Below are positions 1 to 8,083 of a DNA stretch of 20,354 nt, in pieces. Under the pieces are notes generated by a model. That model made no database searches. It saw nothing but the letters and a program-made list of their open reading frames with translations, and was not told where the DNA came from. Numbering within the stretch: the first letter of the stretch is position 1; every line of letters starts with the position of its first letter. Source of the DNA: an uncultured virus (IMG/VR IMGVR_UViG_3300027896_000025) (lineage: Duplodnaviria > Heunggongvirae > Uroviricota > Caudoviricetes); the IMG/VR virus record IMGVR_UViG_3300027896_000025. One strand, given 5' to 3'. Position numbers and translations under genes: made by a program.

Positions 1-94
1 ATAACTGTATTCACTTCGGGATTAACAGGACGTTTATGTTTAGTAACCAAGAACCTGAAACCGCACTTTACGGTAACGCTTGAAAGGTTGAAGT

Positions 95-373
95 ATGGTT
101 TACTACGTGACGATTGGTGGAATAGACTACGCTTGGTGTTACACTTTGAAACAGGCTAAGTCAGTAGTTAGTAGGTTGGGTAAAATCAAGACAGGTTCGA
201 AACATAACCCCCGAATTTCAATTGATGCGTACAACGGGACGCAACACGGCGACGGTGGAGCATTTCGGTATCTTTTAGACTTTGATAAAAAGAAGTTTAA
301 AAAAGTACCTTACGACGATGCAAGAGCTAGGTTATGGGTTTTAAATGATATGTATATTGAAAGGATTGTATGA
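95..373 (+). CDS. hypothetical phage protein (92 aa)
   Basis: ORF with ATGA overlap into the next gene; no recognised motif. Confidence 0.7.
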   Translation: MVYYVTIGGIDYAWCYTLKQAKSVVSRLGKIKTGSKHNPRISIDAYNGTQHGDGGAFRYLLDFDKKKFKKVPYDDARARLWVLNDMYIERIV

Positions 374-555
374 GTCACTTAACCGGGTACTGTAAACATT
401 CCGAAACCGATTGGTGTGAACATTGCAAAGAAGGTTGTAACGATTGTGGTTCGCTTGAAGACTTGAACGACGACGGGTATTGTGAGAGATGTTCGTTCGA
501 AAGGGCGTGTTGCGCCGCTGACGCAATCCATGACCGAATGAAAGACGGTGATTAG
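370..555 (+). CDS. small Cys-rich putative zinc-binding protein
   Basis: CEHC, CNDC, CERC motifs; ATGA coupling; AAGGA upstream. Confidence 0.65.
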   Translation: MSHLTGYCKHSETDWCEHCKEGCNDCGSLEDLNDDGYCERCSFERACCAADAIHDRMKDGD

Positions 556-556
556 T

Positions 557-688
557 ATGGTTCGTAAAGAACGAATACGAAGGATTCTTTCACTTAAAAA
601 ACGGATTAAGAAACTTAAGATTAAAGAGTTGAATGAATTAGCTGATTTATTTGCAAAAGAAGTAATGTATCGACTGAAAAGGCGGTAA
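557..688 (+). CDS. small basic hypothetical protein (43 aa, MVRKERIRRILSLKK...KRR)
   Basis: Hand-translated; exactly fills the gap between 555 and 690; not in ORF track. Confidence 0.6.
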   Translation: MVRKERIRRILSLKKRIKKLKIKELNELADLFAKEVMYRLKRR

Positions 689-689
689 C

Positions 690-887
690 ATGGAAATTCA
701 TAGTGATAAACTAATTACGTTGTTAAATGCTATAGACACTTTAACAGGGTATCATGAAAACGGTCCAGTCAATAACTACACGTTAGACGAAATGATTAAT
801 ATCATTAGGATTGAGGCTGATTTAGTACGTCACGAATTGGAAACGGAGGAGAAAGATGCAAAAACCACGCCAAAAGCCCGAAGTTAA
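690..887 (+). CDS. hypothetical protein (65 aa)
   Basis: ORF in gene-dense run. Confidence 0.6.
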   Translation: MEIHSDKLITLLNAIDTLTGYHENGPVNNYTLDEMINIIRIEADLVRHELETEEKDAKTTPKARS

Positions 888-1002
888 AGAAGAAACACTT
901 CTTGACATTTCGGACGAAACATGGGATTATTTACAAGAAACCGGATGGGATTCAGGCGACGACGTTAAGATATCGGATCTAAATGAATGGTTGGAGGATT
1001 AA
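856..1002 (+). CDS. small acidic hypothetical protein (48 aa, MQKPRQKPEV...EWLED)
   Basis: GGAGGA SD before ATG 856; TAA abuts ATG 1003; hand-translated. Confidence 0.65.
   Translation: MQKPRQKPEVKEETLLDISDETWDYLQETGWDSGDDVKISDLNEWLED
902..930 (+). promoter_or_regulatory. candidate sigma70 promoter embedded in CDS
   Basis: TTGACA (902-907), 17 bp, TGn-GATTAT (925-930); 901-917 matches 9909-9925 at 16/17. Confidence 0.4.
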
Positions 1003-1656
1003 ATGAAGAAACTAATTTTAGTTGTTAATATTTTGAATACTGTAATTTTGATCGGAATGATAACGGTTTTGTTAACCGGATGTGGACAGACGACTAACAT
1101 AACATCGTCAACGGTTAACCAAAACACAGTATCACATATGACAACGGTTCAAGCTATTGTTAGTAACGAGAATCAGTATCGTGAAAGCGTTGGTCAAGAG
1201 TTGTTGATACCCGGACTTAGCTGTTACTTGTACACAGTCCCTACGACTACAACACAGATTGTTGGTGCAACGTTAACAGGAGTTGGTGGATTCGAGTTCT
1301 TAGGAAAGTTTAATCAACCTAATGATTCAGTTAATTCAGGATTGAATATCCTTCCGACCGGACTTAGATCAACGTATCAAAGTTGGTTCATCGTGAGATG
1401 TTATGGAAGTTTGGTTATTGATACTAATAATTGGCATTCGTTTGATTTAACGAGTGACGACGGTTCGAATCTTTATATCGATGGGTTACTGATCAACAAC
1501 GACGGACTTCACGGAGCACAGACTAAATTCGCATCGAAGTACTTGAAATACGGAATTCATTCGTTTGAACTGGATTTCTTTCAAGCCGCTGGAAATCAAG
1601 CGTTGATCTTGAATGAAGACGGTCAGGTTATGGATTCATCAGGATTTTATCACTAG
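1003..1656 (+). CDS. PA14-domain lipoprotein
   Basis: Signal peptide with lipobox LLTG-C; PA14-type FDLTSDDGSNLYIDG..INNDGLHG and GIHSFELDFFQ; GGAGG SD. Confidence 0.8.
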   Translation: MKKLILVVNILNTVILIGMITVLLTGCGQTTNITSSTVNQNTVSHMTTVQAIVSNENQYRESVGQELLIPGLSCYLYTVPTTTTQIVGATLTGVGGFEFLGKFNQPNDSVNSGLNILPTGLRSTYQSWFIVRCYGSLVIDTNNWHSFDLTSDDGSNLYIDGLLINNDGLHGAQTKFASKYLKYGIHSFELDFFQAAGNQALILNEDGQVMDSSGFYH

Positions 1657-1664
1657 GAGATTGT

Positions 1665-1850
1665 ATGAAATACTTAATTATAGGTCTAGTATTCTTGAGT
1701 GGTTGCGCAACGTTGACCCCTTTAGAACGTAAGCAAGCGAACGTCTTGAATTGTGTTAAAGATTTGAAACAAAATGATTCAGGCACGATGGATTCTTTTG
1801 AGATTTGCCGACAGGTTTACGGACTTCGAAAGGTTAGGGATGATCAATGA
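1665..1850 (+). CDS. small lipoprotein
   Basis: MKYLIIGLVFLSG-C lipobox; AGGAG SD; two further Cys. Confidence 0.75.
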   Translation: MKYLIIGLVFLSGCATLTPLERKQANVLNCVKDLKQNDSGTMDSFEICRQVYGLRKVRDDQ

Positions 1851-2023
1851 AATCTTTCGAATGGATGGAGTTACTGACTTTGTTAATCGGTACAGCGGTC
1901 GGTTGGTTCTTGACAGCGGTTGTTGCGTTGTTCGTCCTTCACGCTTGCGTTCATAAACCGACTCCTGTTCAAGACCCGGATGCCACGTTGGAGCATCGTA
2001 GTTGTCCGGTTAACCATAGGTGA
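1847..2023 (+). CDS. small membrane protein (58 aa, MKSFEWMELLTLLIGTAVGWFLTAVVALFVLHAC...)
   Basis: ATGA overlap with upstream stop; long hydrophobic stretch; not in ORF track. Confidence 0.65.
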   Translation: MKSFEWMELLTLLIGTAVGWFLTAVVALFVLHACVHKPTPVQDPDATLEHRSCPVNHR

Positions 2024-2027
2024 TGAA

Positions 2028-2588
2028 ATGAAACCCGATCCAAAATACACGATTTTTGAAATAGGGGATAAGATTGGGTGGTGGACTATTATAAGTGATT
2101 CTCTAAGGATTAATAAAGCTAAAAAATATAAATGTAAATGCGTATGTGGGACTATTCGAACTGTTAATGATAATAGATTGAAATCTGGAAGGTCCAAAAG
2201 TTGTGGTTGTAAATCAAATTTTTTGAGGATGGAAAAACAAGTTATAAGTGATAATGGTGCCTTAAAAAATAGAATCTATGGTAATTATCAAAGAGGAGCA
2301 AAAACAAGAAAGATTAATTTTGATATTGGAAGAGAAGACTTTTTACAATTAGTTTTTAAAAATTGTGAATATTGTGGAGCATTACCCGATAACAAAGTGA
2401 AGTATCTCGATAGATTTTTAATGTATAATGGTTTAGATAGAATAGATAATTCTAAGGGCTATGTGAAGGACAATGTGGTTCCTTGTTGTAAAATGTGTAA
2501 CTTTGCCAAAAGAGGGTTATCAAGAGATATCTTTATCAAATGGTGTGACCAACTTGTAAGGTTTAGATCAAAGGAATTAATTAAATGA
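2028..2588 (+). CDS. HNH endonuclease (putative homing endonuclease)
   Basis: CKCVCG...SKSCGC N-terminal module, CEYCG, NGLDRIDNSKGY..DNVVPCCKMCN; AT-rich; start moved to ATG 2028 (AGGTG upstream). Confidence 0.85.
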   Translation: MKPDPKYTIFEIGDKIGWWTIISDSLRINKAKKYKCKCVCGTIRTVNDNRLKSGRSKSCGCKSNFLRMEKQVISDNGALKNRIYGNYQRGAKTRKINFDIGREDFLQLVFKNCEYCGALPDNKVKYLDRFLMYNGLDRIDNSKGYVKDNVVPCCKMCNFAKRGLSRDIFIKWCDQLVRFRSKELIK

Positions 2589-3010
2589 ATTTAGCTGCTT
2601 TAATATACTTAACAGCGTTAGCTAATGGAGTAAATGGAAATCTAGCAGTTTCTATTGCTTGTGTTGAAAGTAGACTTAATCCTTCAGCTATTGGCAATCA
2701 AAATGATATTGGAATATTTCAAATTCGAGAGAAGTTTGTTCCAGAAAGTCGTGAGGAACTTTTAAATGCAGAAATTAATATCAATAGAGGAACTAGGATG
2801 CTGGCCCATGCTCAAACAGTTTGTAAATCTGACCTTAGTAATAACTGGTTTCTTTGCCACAATCGCGGTGTTGTGGGCGGTCGAAAAGTTGGACGAGTTG
2901 TGGCTAAGAATACGAAGTACGTCAAGACAGTAACCAAAGTTTACCAGTGTTTGAAAGGTAACACTTACAAAGACTACTTAGAACACTTCGACCCAAGGAG
3001 TTGTCTGTGA
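2585..3010 (+). CDS. SLT-family lytic transglycosylase
   Basis: Catalytic ES motif (VESRLNPSAI), GIFQI, NINRG, HNRG (AYNxG equivalent). Confidence 0.8.
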   Translation: MNLAALIYLTALANGVNGNLAVSIACVESRLNPSAIGNQNDIGIFQIREKFVPESREELLNAEININRGTRMLAHAQTVCKSDLSNNWFLCHNRGVVGGRKVGRVVAKNTKYVKTVTKVYQCLKGNTYKDYLEHFDPRSCL

Positions 3011-3159
3011 ATCAGGATTCATTTATGCGTCAACTTCGAAATATCTTTATACGAAGTAACAATTATGAAGGAGATTGTTTGGACGATTTATGATCAAGGC
3101 ATTCAATATTTGGATTGTGTTGTAATATTTTGGGCGAGTTGAAAGTTGAGGAGTTGTGA
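3007..3159 (+). pseudogene. EEL-family micro-ORF 1, interrupted by in-frame TGA at 3091-3093
   Basis: GTG 3007 frame reads MNQDSFMRQLRNIFIRSNNYEGDCLDDL*SRHSIFGLCCNILGELKVEEL*; 51 codons, both ends coupled by GTGA overlaps. Confidence 0.55.
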
Positions 3160-3314
3160 ATACTTTGGATTTAAGAGATCACTTCATTGGAATTCTAAGA
3201 TCAAAATACAATTCAAATGGAGATTTTATTAAAATACCAAGTTTAGGAAGGTATCACTGTATTAAAAATATTAGTGATTGTATAGAAACCGAAATAAGAA
3301 AGGATGAAATATGA
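3156..3314 (+). CDS. EEL-family micro-ORF 2 (52 aa, ends RKDEI)
   Basis: MNTLDLRDHFIGILRSKY...ETEIRKDEI; GTGA/ATGA overlaps at both ends. Confidence 0.7.
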   Translation: MNTLDLRDHFIGILRSKYNSNGDFIKIPSLGRYHCIKNISDCIETEIRKDEI

Positions 3315-3892
3315 TTGATAAACTAACTAAAGAACAAGAGGCTAAGATTCCAGAGTACGTTGAAAAGTACCGTGAGATCGGTTTGGACACGACTCCTTGC
3401 GACCACGCTAAGGCTGAGGCGGCGATTAAACGAGCGTACAAGTACCTGAAGTTAAAGGAGCCGACGTTCGTTTGGGCTGACTCTCCACGGGCAGGTGCTA
3501 TCATCGCCGCACGGTTAGCTAAGAGTTCGGATGATATCACTACTGAAGATTTACGTGCTCAAGCCGGTTCGGCAAACTTCGGATCGTTTGAGGCGTATTG
3601 GGTTGCGTTTTACTCGTACATTGCTCATGAGCTTCCGGTTAAGAAAGACGAGCTGATCGATATCGTTGAAGAGATTGTTAAGAACTGCGGAGTGTACTGG
3701 ACTTTTGAAAACGTGGTTGTGATGACTGAGAAGCCAGTAGCAGTTCATTTCGATAAGAACGGCCAGTTGGATAACCCGGACGGTTTGGCTTTGGAATACA
3801 AAGACGGAACTGGTATTTTCCGATTTAACGGCGTTCGTTACAAGTCGTTAATCGACATGGAGATCAATAACGCATGTGTGGACAAAAAGTAA
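3311..3892 (+). CDS. DUF6745-like domain protein
   Basis: LTKEQEAKIPEY..KY...AEAAIKRAY...P.FVWADSP N-terminus; CGVYWTFENVVVMTEKP..VHFD..GQLDNPDGLALEYKDG..IFRFNGV C-terminus. Confidence 0.75.
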   Translation: MIDKLTKEQEAKIPEYVEKYREIGLDTTPCDHAKAEAAIKRAYKYLKLKEPTFVWADSPRAGAIIAARLAKSSDDITTEDLRAQAGSANFGSFEAYWVAFYSYIAHELPVKKDELIDIVEEIVKNCGVYWTFENVVVMTEKPVAVHFDKNGQLDNPDGLALEYKDGTGIFRFNGVRYKSLIDMEINNACVDKK

Positions 3893-4020
3893 TTTTTACA
3901 TTCGAATCGTTATTTAAGTGGAAAGATGTGATTTCATATGAATTAGAAAACAACCTTAGTAATGTCGTAGAGATGAATTACTTAAGTAGTTTTGTTTATA
4001 ATGATCTGAAGGAGTTATGA
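3874..4020 (+). CDS. EEL-family micro-ORF 3 (48 aa, ends DLKEL)
   Basis: MCGQKVIFTFESLFKWKDVISYELENNLSNVVEMNYLSSFVYNDLKEL; ATGA overlap downstream. Confidence 0.65.
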   Translation: MCGQKVIFTFESLFKWKDVISYELENNLSNVVEMNYLSSFVYNDLKEL

Positions 4021-4244
4021 AAAAGAAATCTAACTTTAAAAACTGTCAAGCTGTTGTCTGGATTCCAGAATGGTTAAAAAGATTTCCGATTAAGAATCAT
4101 CCTCTGAAGTTTGGTGAAGTAGTGTACTTCTTAGGCGAAATTTCAAATTGTTCCGGACATTGTATCGTTGTTAAATTTAACGGACAAGTAATTCCGATGC
4201 TTCATACGGCAGATTTCAGATTGGCAAAGGAAAACGAACTATGA
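4017..4244 (+). CDS. hypothetical protein (75 aa, ends KENEL)
   Basis: Coupled at both ends; ends in xEL but is longer and compositionally unlike the micro-ORFs. Confidence 0.7.
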   Translation: MKKKSNFKNCQAVVWIPEWLKRFPIKNHPLKFGEVVYFLGEISNCSGHCIVVKFNGQVIPMLHTADFRLAKENEL

Positions 4245-5290
4245 ACATAACTGAGATTAAAAAAACAGTCCCGATTCTTTTGAAATCCAAAGTCGTCCCG
4301 TTCCTTTGGGGATCTCAAGGAGTTGGTAAAACTCAAGTAATGAAACAAATCGCGGCTGATTTAAAACTTGGATTCATTCATCTCCACTTGGCGACGCAGG
4401 AAGTTGGCGATTTAGTTGGATTACTAGTTCACAACGAAGACGGGACAGTCAGGCACGCTAGACCCGAGTGGTTTCCGACCGAAGGCGAAGGGATTGTTTT
4501 TTTGGATGAAGCTAATCGTGCTCATCCGGACGTGTTACAAGCTATGTACTCATTTATTACTGAGGGGACAATTCATAGACATAAACTACCTGAAGGTTGG
4601 TCAATTGTCGCAGCAGGGAATTACCAAAACGAATCGTTTCAAGTGACTGATACTTCTGACTCAGCGTGGTTATCCCGATTCTGTCACCTGGATTTTACCC
4701 CGTCTGTTGAGGAGTTTACGGGTTACGTTGAAGATCAAGGGCTAGACACAATTTCATCGTTCGTTAAAAACCATCCTGAGATGTTAGAAACGAAACCAAA
4801 AGAACGTCCGGTGTTCGAAATGTTAGTCCCGAATCGTCGCGGGTTGTGCGACATGATTGGACGGTTGGAACAGTTTTCGGACCTGGACGATGTGAGATAC
4901 GAAGTGTATTCTGGAATAATTGGAAAGATAGCAGCAGCATCGTATTTATCCTATAAGAAACAAGCGGTTAAACGGTTGTCAGGTAAACAAATCTTGAAGG
5001 ATTTCAGTAAAGTAAAGGCTGAAGTCTTAGAGATTTCGAATCCGAATAACGCACGGTTTGATTTACTAGATTCAGCGGTTGAGGAAATCATGCTTCTGCT
5101 CCCAAAGAAACCGTTGACTGATAAACAGATTGATAACTTCCAAGAGTTCTTGTTGACGATTCCTTTGGAGTTAGGACTAAAAGTTATTAATCGGATTCAT
5201 AAACTCTCATGGCCGCAGAGAAACGTTATCTTGAATGATAAGAAATTCGTAGAGAGATTTAAGAACGTGAAGTTGAAGGAGAGGAAATGA
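4241..5290 (+). CDS. MoxR-like / AAA_5-type AAA+ ATPase
   Basis: Walker A GSQGVGKT, Walker B VFLDE-ANRA, sensor AAGN, arginine finger AWLSRF. Confidence 0.9.
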   Translation: MNITEIKKTVPILLKSKVVPFLWGSQGVGKTQVMKQIAADLKLGFIHLHLATQEVGDLVGLLVHNEDGTVRHARPEWFPTEGEGIVFLDEANRAHPDVLQAMYSFITEGTIHRHKLPEGWSIVAAGNYQNESFQVTDTSDSAWLSRFCHLDFTPSVEEFTGYVEDQGLDTISSFVKNHPEMLETKPKERPVFEMLVPNRRGLCDMIGRLEQFSDLDDVRYEVYSGIIGKIAAASYLSYKKQAVKRLSGKQILKDFSKVKAEVLEISNPNNARFDLLDSAVEEIMLLLPKKPLTDKQIDNFQEFLLTIPLELGLKVINRIHKLSWPQRNVILNDKKFVERFKNVKLKERK

Positions 5291-5439
5291 ATCCTGTAAG
5301 AAAACCTGGGCACTTTATTAGTGATCAATTTGATGATCAAATTACCGAAGGACTTGGAATGAAATTAGCTGAGGAAATGAATTATGAAACTTTACATTGG
5401 GATTTAGAATATCAATTAAATTGTATTGAGGAAGTATGA
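5287..5439 (+). CDS. EEL-family micro-ORF 4 (50 aa, ends CIEEV)
   Basis: MNPVRKPGHFISDQFDDQITEGLGMKLAEEMNYETLHWDLEYQLNCIEEV; ATGA overlaps at both ends. Confidence 0.75.
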   Translation: MNPVRKPGHFISDQFDDQITEGLGMKLAEEMNYETLHWDLEYQLNCIEEV

Positions 5440-5597
5440 ATATTCGAATCAATCCTGATTTTGGAATTTACGGTTGGAGCGATCAACAAATTGGTAACAT
5501 GCCTTTTTTCAATCAGTTATTTGATAAATTCTTTGAACTTGATAGCCCAAGGATGTTACTTCAAGATCAATTTCGAACAGATGAGGAAATTCTGTGA
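5436..5597 (+). CDS. EEL-family micro-ORF 5 (53 aa, ends DEEIL)
   Basis: MNIRINPDFGIYGWSDQQIG...QDQFRTDEEIL; ATGA and GTGA overlaps. Confidence 0.7.
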   Translation: MNIRINPDFGIYGWSDQQIGNMPFFNQLFDKFFELDSPRMLLQDQFRTDEEIL

Positions 5598-6721
5598 ACA
5601 CGATCGAAACAACAATCAAATCGCTTCTCGATCACAAACCGTTTTACGCTCATTTCTTCTTGCAATGTAGAATTATTTACGACATGCCCGGAGTTCCGAC
5701 CGCAGCAGCTTCGATGACTCAATCAGGCCCGATCCTGATCTTTAACCGTGAGTTCTTAAAGGATCAACCGATTAGTAAAGTCGAAGGAGTAATTGAGCAT
5801 GAAATACTACACATCATGTTTGAGCACACTTCCCACATGAAACGGAAAGAGTTGAATCCAAAGATCAGGAACATCGCAATGGATTGCTCGATCAACCAGT
5901 ACATCCAAGATCTCCCAGACGGTTGTATTCGATTAGATGAACTTAATAAACAGTTGAAACTAAAGTTAGCACCGGAAGAGACTTGGGAGTACTACCATTA
6001 CAAACTCATGGAAAAAGCTGAAGAACTAAAATCTCAGCAGGATTTTGACGTTCATGGAGTTGATACCGGTGAAGGAGATGAGAAAGATGGAAACGGTAAA
6101 GCTGGTAAAGAAATCTCAGCCGAAACTCTTATAGGAATCATCGACAAAGCAGTTACGGATTCGGCTGGAAATCTTCCCAGTGTTGTCCAAAAGATTTGGG
6201 GGACAATGCGACGGGATTCTGTCATTCCTTGGAAGCAAGTTTTGGCGAACTTCATCTCATCCGCTATTAGCAACTCCACGCTCGCAACTAGAAAACGTCC
6301 TAACCGTAGATTTGGATTAGATCAACCAGGACGGAAAAAGAAACGGGAGTTGACGCTAGGAGTTTGCGTTGATTCATCCGGTTCAATCTCTGACGAACAG
6401 TTTCAAATGTTCTTGAATGAAATTACTAGGATAACTCCGAATTGTCGAACAACGTACGTTATCGACGCCGACTGTCAAGTCAACGGAGTTCAGACTTTAG
6501 ACAAGTACAAAAAGTTGAAATGGGAAAGAAAAGGTTGTGGCGGAACGGCGTATCAACCGGCGATCGATGAATGTGTAAAGTTGCGATGTGACGCTGTAGT
6601 GTACTTCGGCGACATGGATTCGGCGGATGAACCAAAGAATCCTGGAGTTCCATTCCTTTGGATTGTTACTGGAGAACAACAACCGCCTGGGAAGTTTGGT
6701 AAAGTGGTGAGGTTGAAATGA
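5594..6721 (+). CDS. DUF2201-type putative metallopeptidase + vWA domain protein
   Basis: HExxH (HEILH), NIAMDCSIN; MIDAS DSSGS, GGT, YFGD; follows the AAA+ ATPase as is usual for this pair. Confidence 0.88.
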   Translation: MNTIETTIKSLLDHKPFYAHFFLQCRIIYDMPGVPTAAASMTQSGPILIFNREFLKDQPISKVEGVIEHEILHIMFEHTSHMKRKELNPKIRNIAMDCSINQYIQDLPDGCIRLDELNKQLKLKLAPEETWEYYHYKLMEKAEELKSQQDFDVHGVDTGEGDEKDGNGKAGKEISAETLIGIIDKAVTDSAGNLPSVVQKIWGTMRRDSVIPWKQVLANFISSAISNSTLATRKRPNRRFGLDQPGRKKKRELTLGVCVDSSGSISDEQFQMFLNEITRITPNCRTTYVIDADCQVNGVQTLDKYKKLKWERKGCGGTAYQPAIDECVKLRCDAVVYFGDMDSADEPKNPGVPFLWIVTGEQQPPGKFGKVVRLK

Positions 6722-6861
6722 TTCTAATGGAGATGATAATACATCATTTTAAATTGAAACATATGCCAGTTTCCTTTCATGAAGACTTTAATCATAATAT
6801 CTGGATGAAATACCAACTTCAAAGAAATTTAGAAAGTCAGTTACTTTGGGAAGAACTATGA
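6718..6861 (+). CDS. EEL-family micro-ORF 6 (47 aa, ends LLWEEL)
   Basis: MILMEMIIHHFKLKH...KYQLQRNLESQLLWEEL; ATGA overlaps. Confidence 0.7.
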   Translation: MILMEMIIHHFKLKHMPVSFHEDFNHNIWMKYQLQRNLESQLLWEEL

Positions 6862-7005
6862 AACGAATTGATTTCGACGGATTATTTTTTAATGGACTTA
6901 GTACTCTTTGGGGTAGAAATTCAAACGAACTGTTTATAGATATTTATTATTTGTCAGAATTAGTTGTAAACTTGGATAGAGAAATACTTTGGGACGAATT
7001 ATGAA
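6842..7005 (+). repeat. imperfect 21-bp direct repeat at consecutive micro-ORF ends
   Basis: TACTTTGGGAAGAACTATGAA (6842-6862) vs TACTTTGGGACGAATTATGAA (6985-7005), 19/21 identical. Confidence 0.8.
6858..7004 (+). CDS. EEL-family micro-ORF 7 (48 aa, ends ILWDEL)
   Basis: MKRIDFDGLFFNGLSTLWG...VVNLDREILWDEL; ATGA overlaps. Confidence 0.7.
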   Translation: MKRIDFDGLFFNGLSTLWGRNSNELFIDIYYLSELVVNLDREILWDEL

Positions 7006-7183
7006 TTCTGGTGAACAAATCAACTCTCAATTATTTAACGAGATAGAGCCAAGACTGAAAGATTGTATAACTAAAAAACTTTATAGCGATGTAAGATACG
7101 ATCTTAGCGACAAGTTATTTTTATTTCGTGTGTTTGGAATGTTTAGTTCGTTAAGTCATTCATTGAAACAGGAGGAATTATGA
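7001..7183 (+). CDS. EEL-family micro-ORF 8 (60 aa, ends KQEEL)
   Basis: Start at ATG 7001 via ATGA overlap; hydrophobic residue every 4th position. Confidence 0.75.
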   Translation: MNSGEQINSQLFNEIEPRLKDCITKKLYSDVRYDLSDKLFLFRVFGMFSSLSHSLKQEEL

Positions 7184-7230
7184 TAGAGATAGCGGTGTTT
7201 GTTTTACTAGCTTTTTTTATTACAAAGTGA
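7180..7230 (+). CDS. putative 16-aa hydrophobic peptide MIEIAVFVLLAFFITK
   Basis: GGAGG SD, ATGA overlap; links micro-ORF 8 to the protease gene. Confidence 0.4.
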   Translation: MIEIAVFVLLAFFITK

Positions 7231-7934
7231 TGGACGATATGAAGTACCTATCAGTAGTGATGTTTGCCTTAATCTTAACAATCTTCGGAAGCTGCGCCGT
7301 TCCGCATTCTAAAGCCGACGACCGGATTCGAGTCGCGGTGATTGACACGGGAGTTGATTACAGATACATTCCAAAGTCGAAGGTTTGCGGATACTACGAT
7401 CTAACTGGGGAAGGTAAAATTGATCCGACAAAGCACGGAACTTTGGTCTCAGGATTAATCCTTCGAGAATCTCACGACGCTCCAATTTGTTTGGTTTTAG
7501 TAAAATGGTACTCAGCCAAAAACTCCAAGGAACGATTAAAAGATAATGTTATCGCAGCTTTGAAGATCGTTTTACGTCAACACGTTCAGTACTTAAACAT
7601 CTCCCAAGATGGAGGATTTAACAGCCCAGAGGAACGATCTCTCTTACAACAGATTTTGAATCAAGGAGTAGTCGTTGCAGTTTCGGCTGGAAATTACGGT
7701 GAAGATGAATCTATTCAGTGCGACACGTTTCCAGCATGTTACACTTTAAAAGGCAAGTTCTTCGTCGTCGGAGCTACTAACGAAGACGGATTGCGCTGGC
7801 ATCTTAGTAACTACGGTGGACCGATAAAGTCATGGGCACCTGGCGAACATCAATGTTACAAGGGGATCTGTCAGTCGGGAACTTCGTTTTCATCTCCGAA
7901 TTTTTTGGGAAAGTACATTGGAGAAGTTCAATGA
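7227..7934 (+). CDS. subtilisin-like (S8) serine protease, exported / putative lipoprotein
   Basis: Triad VAVIDTG, HGTLVSG, SGTSFSSP; oxyanion SAGN; signal peptide ending FGS-C; start could be 7227, 7230 or 7239. Confidence 0.88.
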   Translation: MMDDMKYLSVVMFALILTIFGSCAVPHSKADDRIRVAVIDTGVDYRYIPKSKVCGYYDLTGEGKIDPTKHGTLVSGLILRESHDAPICLVLVKWYSAKNSKERLKDNVIAALKIVLRQHVQYLNISQDGGFNSPEERSLLQQILNQGVVVAVSAGNYGEDESIQCDTFPACYTLKGKFFVVGATNEDGLRWHLSNYGGPIKSWAPGEHQCYKGICQSGTSFSSPNFLGKYIGEVQ

Positions 7935-8083
7935 ACAGAGTAGTTTGGACAAGTAATAAAGATCCAATCTTTAAAGAATTAGTACATTATAGAAAGGAGT
8001 ATTTGGAAATAAATAGATACATAATAGGTCACGATATAATCTGTTTTTTAGTTGGTGAATACTTACAGACTGAGGAGTTATGA
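7931..8083 (+). CDS. EEL-family micro-ORF 9 (50 aa, MNRVVW...LQTEEL)
   Basis: ATGA overlaps at both ends; start moved to 7931. Confidence 0.75.
   Translation: MNRVVWTSNKDPIFKELVHYRKEYLEINRYIIGHDIICFLVGEYLQTEEL

Noticed and set aside
1..94. Possible hairpin or partial upstream gene
   Set aside because: Frames 1 and 3 are both open and the stems are short; cannot be resolved without upstream sequence.
3091..3093. TGA recoding (alternative genetic code)
   Set aside because: TGA is the normal stop of many genes here via ATGA overlaps, and long genes are uninterrupted under code 11.
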